Counted from the first letter of the stretch, positions 28,021 through 37,909 are shown. The stretch is 64,000 nt of DNA from an uncultured Trueperaceae bacterium (GCA_963727505.1 CAVSGP010000009.1:512001-576000), one strand, 5' to 3'. Notes: generated from the letters alone by a model not told the origin. Translations and numbers: made by a program.

Positions 28021-29120
28021 CCGTCGTCGTCGCCCGTCGTGGACGGATAGGGCCGCCCGCGGTGTGTCGCCTGCAGGCGGTGGCGCAGGCCGAGATGATC
28101 GAGCAGGGCCGCGGTGACCTCCGTCAGGCCGGCGCTGTCGCGGGTCAGCAGCAGCGACCACCCCGGCCGCCCGAGGGGACGGGCACGCACGCCCGCCGGC
28201 ACGCGCGTCGGCGGGGCGATCAGGTCTTCCGGGGGAACGGCGTCCTCTCGCGCGTACTGGACCGCGACCGCGGCCAACACGAAGTAGAGGGCGCTGCGCG
28301 AGGTGATCGGCAACGCAACGCCGTCGAACTCGGCACGCAAGCGGCCGCGCAGGTTCGCGACGCTCTCGGCATGGAGCAACAGGTCGTCGAGACTAACGGT
28401 GGCGAGGGCGTCGGCGTCGCGTACCATGCCGAGCTCGGTGGCGTGCAGCGTGACGCTGACCGCGCGGCGAACGGCGCGGTCGTCGACCGCGCGGCGCACG
28501 CGGAGCAGGTGATGGGCGCGAAGCAGCTCGAGCACCTTGTCGGGCTCGACCTCGGGCCCGCCCAGTACGCGCCGCAGCTCCTCCAGCCCGATCTTGCTGG
28601 ACAGCCGCGCCAGCTTGTCGGCCAGCCACTCCTGCTGCAGGAGTGACCGGGCCAGCTCGACGCGCCGGCCGACATCGGGCCCGCCCACCTGGAACAGGCG
28701 CGCCAGCACGCTGGGGAAGATGTCGTCGTAGAGGCTGAAGCCGTACGCCTCCTCGTCCCGCATCAGCAGCTGCCAGTCGCCTCCGTTGGTGCGGATCGTG
28801 AAGGCGCCGTCGACGCCCTCGCCCGGACCGACCCCGCGTGTCAGCGAGACGCCCACGGCGTGCACCGCCGCCACCGCCCAGGCGTCCCCCGACTGCACGC
28901 GGTAGAGCATGCGATCGCCGTCGCTGGTGCCTCGTAGCGTGGCCAGATCGAAGACGTCCACGCCACAGGCGTCGAGCAGCGGCAGCAGCGCTACCTGCGC
29001 TACGCCCAGGGCGTCGGGGCGGGGTTGGACGACGAGTCGTTCCTTGACGCGGGCGACGGTGGCCAACAGGCTTCCGCCGCTCGACCCGGCATGGCTAGAC
29101 GTGAGGTAAGCGATTCCCAT
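28017..29120 (-). CDS. hypothetical protein
   Basis: about 367 aa ORF of protein-like composition filling the gap; -10 TATGCT at 29141-29146; start uncertain. Confidence 0.65.
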   Translation of the reverse strand: MGIAYLTSSHAGSSGGSLLATVARVKERLVVQPRPDALGVAQVALLPLLDACGVDVFDLATLRGTSDGDRMLYRVQSGDAWAVAAVHAVGVSLTRGVGPGEGVDGAFTIRTNGGDWQLLMRDEEAYGFSLYDDIFPSVLARLFQVGGPDVGRRVELARSLLQQEWLADKLARLSSKIGLEELRRVLGGPEVEPDKVLELLRAHHLLRVRRAVDDRAVRRAVSVTLHATELGMVRDADALATVSLDDLLLHAESVANLRGRLRAEFDGVALPITSRSALYFVLAAVAVQYAREDAVPPEDLIAPPTRVPAGVRARPLGRPGWSLLLTRDSAGLTEVTAALLDHLGLRHRLQATHRGRPYPSTTGDDDG

Positions 29121-29311
29121 GGGCGGCGTTCCTGCCGACCAGCATAGCGGGCGCCCGGCCGTTCGCGGCAACGGTTGCCGCATTCCGTCGCCCGAGGCGC
29201 GCCAGGCATCCCGCGGGCCGCCGCGAAGCGGTCCCGGAGGAGCGGCGCCGTCAGGCGCCGGCCGGGTTGTCCATCGCGGCCCTCATGCCGCCGAACGCGC
29301 TCGGCTTTCGC

Positions 29312-29791
29312 TCACGGCTCGCCTTCCAGATCGGGCTCGAGCTCCGCTGCTGCGGCTCCGAGGTGCTGGATCTCCTCGATGAAGCGGTCGACCGAATCGA
29401 AGTCGCGGTAGACGCTCAGGAAGCGGATGTAGGCCACGTCGTCGAGGTCGCGCAGGAACTGCAGGGTGCGGCGGCCGATCTCGTCCGACGCGATCTCCGG
29501 CGCTTGCACCTCGTCCTCGAAGCTGTACGCGAACTCGCGCAGCTGCTTCTCGGTCACCGGCCGCTTGTTGCAGGCGATGCGGAGCTTGTCCAGAAGCTTG
29601 TCGGGATTGAAGGCCTCGTGTCGACCCGAGCGCTTGCGCACCATCAGGGCCTCGAACTGGGCGCGCTCGTAGGTGGTGAAGCGCCGGTGGCAGACCGCGC
29701 ACTCTCGCCGGCGCCGGATGGCCGCTCCCTCGTCCGAGGGGCGCGAGTTGATGACCCGGGTGTCTCCCGACGAGCAGTAGGGGCACTTCAT
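29312..29791 (-). CDS. nrdR: transcriptional repressor NrdR
   Basis: MKCPYC...RRRRECAVC.RRFTTYE, ATP cone, VAYIRF.SVY. Confidence 0.97.
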   Translation of the reverse strand: MKCPYCSSGDTRVINSRPSDEGAAIRRRRECAVCHRRFTTYERAQFEALMVRKRSGRHEAFNPDKLLDKLRIACNKRPVTEKQLREFAYSFEDEVQAPEIASDEIGRRTLQFLRDLDDVAYIRFLSVYRDFDSVDRFIEEIQHLGAAAAELEPDLEGEP

Positions 29792-29834
29792 GACGTCCTC
29801 CCCGGCTTGGGGCCCGTCCCCTGTGCGGCGCCGC

Positions 29835-30737
29835 TCATGGCAGGCGGTGGCGAGGCGTGTCGGCCAGGTCGCCCTCGAGATCGGACGCGTCCTCGTCGAC
29901 CAGGTGCCGGCGCAGGGCGGGCGTCCCTTGCAGGCGTTCGAAGGGCTCCTGCTCGAACTCGTCGAGCACGATGTCCTGCTCGCTCTCCTCCTCGCCCGCG
30001 TCGGCCTCCTCGTAGAGGCTCGCCTCCAGGTCGTCCTGGCGGATGCGATCATCGAGTGCAGCGCGGACCTCGGGCAACAGCGTCTCGGTGACCCGCGGGG
30101 GTGGCGGCAGCTCCACGAATACCTCCTGGCCGGAGATGCCGAGCGCGGAGGACGACCCCAGGAAGCGGACGCTGCGGACCAGCGCCGCGTCGTGCCGCGG
30201 GTCGGCGGCATCGCGCGAGGGCACCACCAGGTTGGCGCGTGGCGCCTCGTAGCGCCGCGAGAAGCTCGTCGTCAGCCGGGAGAGCGCCCCCAGCACGGCC
30301 GCCATCTGCGGTTGACGGTTGCCGGGGGGCGCGATGACCACGACCCAACCACCGTCGAGCAACCGTGCCGCTGTCTTGAGCGTCAGGTAGGCGCTGCGCA
30401 GGTCCTCCGCCACCAGCTCGGCGAACTCCCCCTCGCCCAGGTCCTCGAAAGCGGTGTGGCTCACCTGGCTGGAGACATGCACCACGCCTCCAAGCGCACC
30501 GAAGATCTCGAACACCTTGTGGAAGGCCCCCAGCACGTCCATCTGCGTGGTCATGTCGGCCTGGATCGGGATGGCCTGACCGCCCAGCTCCTCGATCTCG
30601 GCCGCCGTCTTCGCCGCCAGATCGACGTCGCGATCCGCGCAGACGACATCGTAGTCGGACTGGCCGTAGGCAAGGGCCACGGCCCGCCCGAAGCCCTGGC
30701 CCACGTTCGTGACCAGGACGACCCGGGCTGGTTCCAT
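29835..30737 (-). CDS. SDR-fold protein lacking catalytic residues, with acidic tail
   Basis: VVLVTNVGQGFGRAVA, IQADMT, ISGQEVFV; no YxxxK. Confidence 0.75.
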   Translation of the reverse strand: MEPARVVLVTNVGQGFGRAVALAYGQSDYDVVCADRDVDLAAKTAAEIEELGGQAIPIQADMTTQMDVLGAFHKVFEIFGALGGVVHVSSQVSHTAFEDLGEGEFAELVAEDLRSAYLTLKTAARLLDGGWVVVIAPPGNRQPQMAAVLGALSRLTTSFSRRYEAPRANLVVPSRDAADPRHDAALVRSVRFLGSSSALGISGQEVFVELPPPPRVTETLLPEVRAALDDRIRQDDLEASLYEEADAGEEESEQDIVLDEFEQEPFERLQGTPALRRHLVDEDASDLEGDLADTPRHRLP

Positions 30738-30933
30738 GCCCACCAGGATACGACGATGCGCGCGCCGGCATCCAGCGTCGCCGCGACGCTAACCCCTCCT
30801 GACGTGAAGCCCTCCTGTGAAGCCTTTTATGACCGTTCGCATCATGGCCGGGGTACAACCTAGGCGAACCCCCGGTCAGTGCAGCGCGACGACCCATCCG
30901 TGGGGCTCGTAGCGCGGCGAGGGAGAGGAAGGC

Positions 30934-31476
30934 ATGCTGGGACGCAGCAGCAAGAAACGCAATCAGCAGACGACGGCCAGCGAGCCGTTCACGTACATTC
31001 ACCGTGGCACCACCCTCGTCGGCGATCTGGAAGCCAGCGGGCGGGTGCGGGTGCACGGGACGGTCCAGGGCAACGTCAAGGTCAGCGGCGTGCTCGAAGT
31101 CGCCGAGGCCGGCGTCATCGAGGGGGAGCGCGTCGAGGCCGACGAGGTGAAGATCCTCGGCAAGGTGCGTGCCAACGTCGATGCCAAGGGCAAGATCGAG
31201 ATCTGGAAGGACGGTCTGCTCGAGGGCAACGTGCGGGCCGCCGCGCTCGACATCGAAGAGGGCGCCTCGTTCACCGGCCGGAGCGAGATGACGGCGGGGC
31301 AGCGGTCGGCCCCGAGGCTCCCGGAGAGCGCCTCGCCATCGAGACCGGCGAACCTGAGCGGCGAGGCTGCCGCCACGCTCGGCTCCCAGGAGGCGGGCCG
31401 CGACGGGTCCGCTGAAGCGCCCGAGGCGCCGGAGGACGAGGGGGCGCCCAAGGAGGAGGAACGCGCCGGAGACTGA
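30934..31476 (+). CDS. bactofilin (polymer-forming cytoskeletal protein)
   Basis: TYIHRGTTLVGDL...VHGTVQGNV...IEEGASFTG beta-helix. Confidence 0.9.
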   Translation: MLGRSSKKRNQQTTASEPFTYIHRGTTLVGDLEASGRVRVHGTVQGNVKVSGVLEVAEAGVIEGERVEADEVKILGKVRANVDAKGKIEIWKDGLLEGNVRAAALDIEEGASFTGRSEMTAGQRSAPRLPESASPSRPANLSGEAAATLGSQEAGRDGSAEAPEAPEDEGAPKEEERAGD

Positions 31477-31587
31477 GGACGCCCGTCCGGGACGCCTTGA
31501 AGCGGCAGCGCGGTCGGCTGCTACAATGGCTCGTGCTTTCCGTGGCGGTCAGGCGACACTCTGTGCCCGAGACAGCGAGGAGGCCGC

Positions 31588-32481
31588 ATGGCGCTTGAAC
31601 GGTGGTTCCGGAGGAACCGGCCCACACGCAAGGAGGACGACAACGCGCCGGCCGGCCTGTGGCTGAAGTGTGAGGCCTGTAGCGCCCAGATCTATCGTAA
31701 AGACCTCGTCGCCAACGCGTACGTGTGCCCTGAGTGCGATCACCACTACCGGATGCCGGTGGAGGCCAGGGTCGAGTTGCTGGCCGATGCCGGCACCTTC
31801 GAACCGTGGTCCGGCGGGATCCGAGCGGAGGATCCGCTGGCTTTCGTGGACACCCAGGCCTACCCGGAGCGGCTGGAGAAGAACCAGCAGAAGCACGGCC
31901 GGCCCGACGCCATCGTCACGGGCGGAGCGCTGCTCGACGGCGAGCCGATCGGTCTGATCGTGATGGACTTCTTCTTCATGGGTGGCTCCATGGGCTCCGT
32001 GGTCGGCGAGGAGATCGCCCGGGCCGCGGAGCGCGCCGCGGCGGAGGACCGAGCCTTCGTGGCGGTGACGGCGTCGGGCGGGGCCCGCATGCAGGAGGGC
32101 GCGTTGTCGCTGATGCAGATGGCCAAGACGACGGTGGCCCTCGAGGAGCTGTCGCGGAGGCGCCTGCCCTACGTGAGCGTGCTCACCGACCCGACCACGG
32201 GCGGCGTGACGGCCAGCTTCGCGACCCTGGGCGACGTGATCTTCGCCGAACCCGGCGCGCTCATCTCGTTCGCCGGGCCGCGGGTCATCCAGCAGACCAT
32301 CAAGCAGGAGCTCCCCGAGGGCTTCCAGCGCTCCGAGTTCCTGCTCGAGAAGGGCATGGTCGACGATGTCGTGTCGCGCAAAGCGCTCAAGGGACATCTC
32401 GCGCTCACGCTTAGGTTGCTGCGCGCAGGCCGTCGCGAGCGCGGCTCCGAGCCGGAGGTGACGCGTGCCGCTGCCGTTTGA
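31588..32481 (+). CDS. accD: acetyl-CoA carboxylase carboxyltransferase beta
   Basis: [12 protein letters not shown] Zn ribbon, [27 protein letters not shown]. Confidence 0.97.
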   Translation: MALERWFRRNRPTRKEDDNAPAGLWLKCEACSAQIYRKDLVANAYVCPECDHHYRMPVEARVELLADAGTFEPWSGGIRAEDPLAFVDTQAYPERLEKNQQKHGRPDAIVTGGALLDGEPIGLIVMDFFFMGGSMGSVVGEEIARAAERAAAEDRAFVAVTASGGARMQEGALSLMQMAKTTVALEELSRRRLPYVSVLTDPTTGGVTASFATLGDVIFAEPGALISFAGPRVIQQTIKQELPEGFQRSEFLLEKGMVDDVVSRKALKGHLALTLRLLRAGRRERGSEPEVTRAAAV

Positions 32482-33418
32482 GAAGCCCATCGAGGACCTC
32501 GAGACCAAGATCGAGGAGATGCGCGCCTACGCTTCCGAACAGGGCATCGAGCTGGCCGACGAGATCGGGTTGCTGCAGCAGCGTTTGGAGCGCCTGAAGC
32601 GCGATACCTTCGACAACCTGACCCGTTGGCAGCGGGTCCAGGTGGCGCGTGCGGCCGGTCGCCCGACGGCCATGGACTACCTCCAGGGCGCCTTCGATGG
32701 CTTCACCGAGCTCCACGGCGACCGGACCCTCGGCGACGACCCCGCCATCGTTGCGGGCCTGGCGCGGCTCGGCGAGCGGAGCCTGGTGGTGATCGGCCAG
32801 CAGAAGGGGCGGGACACCAAGGAGAACATCCACCGCAATTTCGGCATGTCGCACCCCAGCGGCTACCGCAAGGCCATGCGCATGTTCGATCTGGCGGACA
32901 AGTTCGGCCTGCCCGTCGTCACCCTGATCGACACGCCGGGTGCCTACCCTGGCATCGCGGCCGAGGAGCAGGGGCAGGCGTGGGTCATCGCCGAGAGCAT
33001 CCGGCGTATGAGCCGTCTGACGGTGCCTGCGGTCAGCGTGGTGATCGGCGAGGGCGGTTCCGGAGGTGCGCTCGCGGTCGGGGTCGCCAACCGCGTCCTG
33101 ATCCTGGAGAACGCCATCTACTCGGTGATCAGCCCGGAGTCCTGCGCCGCGATTCTGTGGCGCGACGCCGGGGAGGCCGAGAAGGCGGCAGAGGCCCTCA
33201 AGCTCACCGCCTACGACCTGCTGGAGCTGGGCGTGGTGGACCGCGTGATCGACGAGCCGATCGGCGGGGCGCACAAGGGCCGCGAGGAGACCATCCGGCG
33301 GGTGCGCGAGGCGGTGCTCGAGGAGATCGCTGGATTGCGTTCGATGTCGCCGGACGCCCTGCAGGAGCAGCGCCGGTCCCGCTTCCGCGATCTCGGCCGC
33401 TTCCGCGACGCCGCCTGA
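32465..33418 (+). CDS. accA: acetyl-CoA carboxylase carboxyltransferase alpha
   Basis: [36 protein letters not shown]. Confidence 0.97.
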   Translation: MPLPFEKPIEDLETKIEEMRAYASEQGIELADEIGLLQQRLERLKRDTFDNLTRWQRVQVARAAGRPTAMDYLQGAFDGFTELHGDRTLGDDPAIVAGLARLGERSLVVIGQQKGRDTKENIHRNFGMSHPSGYRKAMRMFDLADKFGLPVVTLIDTPGAYPGIAAEEQGQAWVIAESIRRMSRLTVPAVSVVIGEGGSGGALAVGVANRVLILENAIYSVISPESCAAILWRDAGEAEKAAEALKLTAYDLLELGVVDRVIDEPIGGAHKGREETIRRVREAVLEEIAGLRSMSPDALQEQRRSRFRDLGRFRDAA

Positions 33419-33462
33419 ACGACGCCGCCTGAACAACGGTTCCTGAACAACGGTTCCTGAAC
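33407..33462. repeat. 14-bp tandem array x4 in two variants, starting at the accA stop
   Basis: gacgccgcctgaac x2 then aacggttcctgaac x2. Confidence 0.9.
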
Positions 33463-33578
33463 AGCTGCGCCCGAGCGACGGGAGCTGTGGCCGGCTCGAT
33501 CGAGGACCGATCCCGACCACCTTTCGGGCCTGGCGACGGGGCCGGCCTGCGCGGTGCGGAGCCTGCAGCTGCCTGGGC

Positions 33579-34241
33579 TCAGCCGGTGGCGGCCCTCAGC
33601 GCTGCGATGTTCTCGGCGACCGAGCCGTCCCCGCCGAACACGGCGCTTCCCGCCACGAGGATCTCCGCTCCGGCAGCCCGCACCCGTGCAGCGGTGTCGG
33701 GCGCGATACCGCCGTCGACCTCGATCACGCAGTCGGGTTTCACGGCGTCGCGCAGCTCCGCGGCGGCGGCGATGCGATCGACGCTGCGTGGGATGAAGGC
33801 CTGACCGCCGAAGCCGGGGTTCACCGTCATCAGGAGCACGGCATCGAGGTAGGGCAGCGCCTCCTCCAGGACGGTGAGCGGGGTCAGTGGGTTGAGGGCG
33901 AGTCCGACACGCACCCCGCCCTCGCGCACCTGCTGCAGCAGGCGGTGCAGGTGGGGGGTGACCTCGGCATGGACGTGGAGGACGTCGGCCCCCGCCTCGA
34001 CGAAGGCTTCGATGTAGCGCTCCGGGTTCTGGATCATGAGGTGCACGTCGAGCGTGAGCGAAGTAACGCGGTGCACCGCGGAGACCACTGCCGGTCCGAA
34101 CGTGATGTTGGGAACGAAATGACCGTCCATCACGTCGAGATGGATCAGGTCGGCGCCCGCCGCCTCGGCACGGCGTACGGCGCCGCCGAGGTCGGCGAAG
34201 TCGGCGGCCAGGATGGAGGGCGCGATGCGGACGGTGTTCAC
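33579..34241 (-). CDS. rpe: ribulose-phosphate 3-epimerase
   Basis: IAPSILAADF, HLDVMDGHFVPN, MTVNPGFGGQ, EVDGG. Confidence 0.97.
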   Translation of the reverse strand: MNTVRIAPSILAADFADLGGAVRRAEAAGADLIHLDVMDGHFVPNITFGPAVVSAVHRVTSLTLDVHLMIQNPERYIEAFVEAGADVLHVHAEVTPHLHRLLQQVREGGVRVGLALNPLTPLTVLEEALPYLDAVLLMTVNPGFGGQAFIPRSVDRIAAAAELRDAVKPDCVIEVDGGIAPDTAARVRAAGAEILVAGSAVFGGDGSVAENIAALRAATG

Positions 34242-34269
34242 GCCGCGGAGTATAGCAGGGGGGCGTCAG

Positions 34270-34300
34270 CGTGCCGGAGGGCGACCCGCCCTCCGGCACG
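34270..34300. terminator. 14-bp perfect stem-loop downstream of gabT
   Basis: cgtgccggagggcg-acc-cgccctccggcacg; no U tract. Confidence 0.55.
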
Positions 34301-34320
34301 ACGTCGCCGGACCGCGAACC

Positions 34321-35637
34321 TCAGGCGACGGAGCCGACGGGTTCGAGCACCGCGCGGATCGAACGTTCCAGGATCTCGAGCCCCTCGTCGAGTTCCGCGT
34401 CGCTGAGGCGCAGCGGCGGCAGCAGCCGGATGACGTTGCCGTAGGTGCCGGTCGAGAGCAGCATGAGTCCCTGCTCGCGCGCCTGCGCCACCACCGCCGA
34501 CACCGCGGCGGCGTTCGGCTCCTTGCTGCCCGGCTCGATGAATTCGATGCCGATCATGGCGCCGCGGCCGCGAACGTCGCCGATCTGCGCGAATTCGCGC
34601 TGCAGCTTCGCCAGACGCTCGCCGGCACGCTGTCCGATGACGCGGGCACGTTCCAAGAGGCCCTCCTCCTCCAGCACATCGAGGGTGGCCAGCGCCGCGG
34701 CGCAACTCACTGGGTTGCCGCCGAAGGTGGAGCCGAGCATGCCGGGCTCGATCGCGTCCATGATGCTGGCCTTGCCGATGACCGCGGAGAGCGGGAAGCC
34801 CGAGGAGAGCGCCTTGGCGCTCGTCACCAGGTCGGGCTCGAGCCCGTAGGCGTCCACGGCCCAGAAATCGCCCGTGCGGCCGATGCCCGCCTGCACTTCA
34901 TCGTCGATCCAGAGCGCACCGATCTCGTCGGCGTAAGCGCGCAGGCCGGCCAGGAAGCTGCGGGGCGCCGGGATGAAGCCTCCCTCGCCCGCCACCGGCT
35001 CGATGATGAACGCGGCCACTTCGCTCTGGCCGATGGTCGTCTTGACCTGGTCGCGCAGCGCACGCAAGCTGCGCTCGCCGACCTCCTCGGCATCCTCGAG
35101 CCCCCAGGGGTTGCGGTAGGCGTAGGGGTAGGCCGCGCGGTACACCTCGCTGGCCCGGGGCGCGAAGTGCGCCTTGTAGGGGTTGGCCTTGGCCGTGAGC
35201 GACATCGCCATGTAGGTACGCCCGTGGAAGGCGTGCGTGAACGCCACGATGCCGGCGCGGCCGGTGTAGGCGCGCGCGATCTTCACCGCGTTCTCCACCG
35301 CCTCGGCGCCGGAGTTCACCAGGAACGTCTTCTTGGGGCTGTCGCCCGGCGCGAGCGCGTTGAGGCGCTCGGCAAGGGCGATGTAGCTCTCGTGCATGGC
35401 GACGGCGAAGCACAGGTGCTGGAACGACGCTGCCTGCTCCTGCACCGCACGGATGACGCGCGGGTGGGAATGCCCGACGTTCATCACCGCGATACCGACC
35501 GAGAAGTCGAGGTAGCGGTTGCCGTCAGCGTCCCACACGTATGCGCCCTCGGCGCGGGTAGGGTAGAAGGGGTGGGTGCTGTAGGCCGCGGGCGCGACGG
35601 CGTCCCGTCGACGTTGGGCGAGGCTGGCGTTGCTCAT
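34321..35637 (-). CDS. gabT: 4-aminobutyrate--2-oxoglutarate transaminase (class III)
   Basis: NSGAEAVENAVKIAR, FHGRT, EPVAGEGG, DEVQAG, SAK, STFGGNP, NVIRLLPPL. Confidence 0.88.
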   Translation of the reverse strand: MSNASLAQRRRDAVAPAAYSTHPFYPTRAEGAYVWDADGNRYLDFSVGIAVMNVGHSHPRVIRAVQEQAASFQHLCFAVAMHESYIALAERLNALAPGDSPKKTFLVNSGAEAVENAVKIARAYTGRAGIVAFTHAFHGRTYMAMSLTAKANPYKAHFAPRASEVYRAAYPYAYRNPWGLEDAEEVGERSLRALRDQVKTTIGQSEVAAFIIEPVAGEGGFIPAPRSFLAGLRAYADEIGALWIDDEVQAGIGRTGDFWAVDAYGLEPDLVTSAKALSSGFPLSAVIGKASIMDAIEPGMLGSTFGGNPVSCAAALATLDVLEEEGLLERARVIGQRAGERLAKLQREFAQIGDVRGRGAMIGIEFIEPGSKEPNAAAVSAVVAQAREQGLMLLSTGTYGNVIRLLPPLRLSDAELDEGLEILERSIRAVLEPVGSVA

Positions 35638-35848
35638 GGGCGTCCTCCTTCGAGCGGGGGCTTGCAATCGTAAGCATCCTAGACAGACCGCCTACGAAGC
35701 AGAACCAAAACGCGTGCCTCACCGTAAGAACCGAGGCGCGTGGTGAATATCCCTCCTGCATGGTATCACCCGCCCACGACGCCGTGAACCCCGTCGGAGG
35801 CGTCGTCGGATGACAGCGTGGCGGGGCCGCCGGCGTAGCATGGGGAGC

Positions 35849-36625
35849 GTGAGCGCGCCCCTCGTCGAGGCCGTCGTGCGGCCGCTGGACGCATCTTGCC
35901 GCCGTCGTGCTGCCGCCTGGGCCGAACGGCTGGCGCTACCCCTCGCCGCGACGGGTCCTCCCGTCGATGGCGTCGTCCTCGAGGTCGGGCCGGAGGGGCT
36001 GGCGCTGCGCCTGGCGGAGGGTCCGCGGGTCAGGGTGGCGCCGCGCACCCTGACGCGGCGCAGGAGCGGGGGCCGGGACCTGCTGCTGCGTGCCGTGGGC
36101 CGTCTGGAAGACGGGGATCTCGTGGTCGATGCCACCGCCGGCCTGGGCGCCGACGCGTTCCACCTCGCCGCCCAGGGTATGCGCGTGCACATGCTCGAAC
36201 GCCAGCCGTTGGTCGCCGCCTTGCTGGAGGACGCCCTGCAGCGCGCCGCCGCGGGGCACGAAGGGGAGGACGCACGGCAGGCGGCGGCGCGCCTGTCCCT
36301 GGCCGGCGGCGACGCCCGGGTACGCCTCGTCGCGATCGATCCGCCCCCTGCCGTGGTGTTGCTCGATCCCATGTACCCTGACGCGGGCAAGCGTGCGCTG
36401 CCCAACAAGGGCATGGCGCTGTTCCGGACGCTTGTCGGCGACGACGCCGATGCCGCGGAGCTGCTCCTCGTGGCGCTGCGGGTGGCGCGCAGGCGTGTGG
36501 CCGTGAAGCGCCCGCGCCGCGCCGCGCCGCTCGGAGAAGCATCGGGCGCGCCCGCTCCCAGTGGGAGCGTGATGGGTACCACCACGCGCTACGACCTGTA
36601 CGCGCCGCGCCCGCCTGCGACCTAG
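35849..36625 (+). CDS. rsmJ: RsmJ-like class I SAM methyltransferase (16S m2G1516)
   Basis: DATAGLGADAF, LDPMYP, RVAVKRP, TTRYDLY. Confidence 0.85.
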   Translation: MSAPLVEAVVRPLDASCRRRAAAWAERLALPLAATGPPVDGVVLEVGPEGLALRLAEGPRVRVAPRTLTRRRSGGRDLLLRAVGRLEDGDLVVDATAGLGADAFHLAAQGMRVHMLERQPLVAALLEDALQRAAAGHEGEDARQAAARLSLAGGDARVRLVAIDPPPAVVLLDPMYPDAGKRALPNKGMALFRTLVGDDADAAELLLVALRVARRRVAVKRPRRAAPLGEASGAPAPSGSVMGTTTRYDLYAPRPPAT

Positions 36626-36703
36626 ACTGGGAGCCGTCGACGCCGGGCGCCCCTGCCTCGCGTTCGAGGGGCCGGGCGATGCGCGTTGGAGAGCGAGGAT
36701 ACG

Positions 36704-37567
36704 GTGACGAGCGACAAGACGGAGCAAACGACGACGGAACCCAGCACGGTGGAGCGCGTGGCGGTCCTCGGAGCCGGCACGATGGGCGGAGGGATCGCCA
36801 CTCTGCTGGTGGCGAGCGGTTTGCATGTGGCGCTGTACGACGTGGCCCAGGAGGCCCGGGAGCGCGCCGCGGAGCGCGTCGCCAGACGCAACGAGGCCGA
36901 GGCCGCGCGCGCCCGCCTGCGCCTCACCGGCGACCTGCCTGAGGCCGTGTTCGACGCGGACCTGGTCATCGAGGCGGCGCCCGAGCAACTCGAGTTGAAG
37001 CGACGACTCTTCGGCGAGCTGGGTCGCCACGCGCCGACGCGCGCGGTGCTCGCCACCAACACCAGCGAGTTGTCGGTGACGGCCATCGCGGCGGCGACGA
37101 CGCGCCCGGAGCGCGTGATCGGGATGCACTGGTTCAACCCTCCCGAGCGCATGGCGCTGGTGGAGATCGTCCGGGCTGTGCAGACCTCCGAGGCCACGCT
37201 CGCCACCACCCGGGCGCTCGCCGAACGGTGCGGCAAGACCACCGTCACCGTGGCCGATCGTCAGGGTTTCGTCACGACCCGTGCCGTCGCCGCCCTGCTG
37301 CTCGAAGGGGTGAGGATGTTGGAGGAGGGGGTCGCCAGCGCCGAGGACATCGACGCCGCGGTACGGCTCGGCCTCAACCATCCCATGGGCCCGTTGGAGC
37401 TTTCGGACTACATCGGGCTGGACACCATGCTCTATATCGCAGAGTCCATGACCGACGCCATGGGCGAGCGCTTCCGGCCGCCCCAGCAGCTGCGGAAGCT
37501 GGTGGAGGCAGGCCACCTGGGCCGCAAGAGCGGGCGGGGCTTCTACGATTACCGCGAGGACGACTGA
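36704..37567 (+). CDS. hbd: 3-hydroxybutyryl/3-hydroxyacyl-CoA dehydrogenase
   Basis: GAGTMGGGIA, IEAAPE, ATNTS, GMHWFNP, HPMGPLEL.DYIGLD, GRKSGRGFY. Confidence 0.88.
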   Translation: MTSDKTEQTTTEPSTVERVAVLGAGTMGGGIATLLVASGLHVALYDVAQEARERAAERVARRNEAEAARARLRLTGDLPEAVFDADLVIEAAPEQLELKRRLFGELGRHAPTRAVLATNTSELSVTAIAAATTRPERVIGMHWFNPPERMALVEIVRAVQTSEATLATTRALAERCGKTTVTVADRQGFVTTRAVAALLLEGVRMLEEGVASAEDIDAAVRLGLNHPMGPLELSDYIGLDTMLYIAESMTDAMGERFRPPQQLRKLVEAGHLGRKSGRGFYDYREDD

Positions 37568-37600
37568 GCCCGCGCCGCGGCGCCGGAGCACAGCACGGGA

Positions 37601-37624
37601 ATCGCCTCCCGAACGGGAGGCGAT
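37601..37624. terminator. stem-loop between convergent hbd and tRNA-Gln
   Basis: atcgcctccc-gaac-gggaggcgat. Confidence 0.6.
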
Positions 37625-37626
37625 GC

Positions 37627-37700
37627 TGGCTGGCCCACAGGGATTCGAACCCCGACCGACCGGACCAAAACCGGTTGTCCTGCCATTAGACGATGGGCCA
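37627..37700 (-). tRNA. tRNA-Gln(UUG)
   Basis: cloverleaf TGGCCCA...GTTCGAATC...TGGGCCAGCCA, anticodon loop TTTTGGT, encoded CCA. Confidence 0.97.
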
Positions 37701-37741
37701 ACGGGGTGGACGGCGCCGACCCGAAGGGTCGGGACAGGCAG

Positions 37742-37771
37742 AGTGTATCCGCGGTCCCGTCGAAGTGTCAA
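37742..37771 (-). promoter_or_regulatory. promoter TTGACA-18-TACACT for tRNA-Gln(UUG)
   Basis: motif match. Confidence 0.7.
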
Positions 37772-37835
37772 CCAGACACGTCGTGGACGCAGCTTCATGT
37801 CGTTCGCGGGATGCGTTGCCGGGGTGGAAAGAAAA

Positions 37836-37909
37836 TGGCTGGCCCACAGGGATTCGAACCCCGACCGACCGGACCAGAACCGGTTGTCCTGCCATTAGAC
37901 GATGGGCCA
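37836..37909 (-). tRNA. tRNA-Gln(CUG)
   Basis: same body as the adjacent tRNA, anticodon loop TTCTGGT. Confidence 0.97.

Noticed and set aside
33407..33462. Possible CRISPR array
   Set aside because: The 14-bp units abut with no spacers, and there are no cas genes in the window.
35936..37798. 620-aa minus-strand ORF
   Set aside because: It runs through tRNA-Gln and antisense to rsmJ and hbd; spurious.
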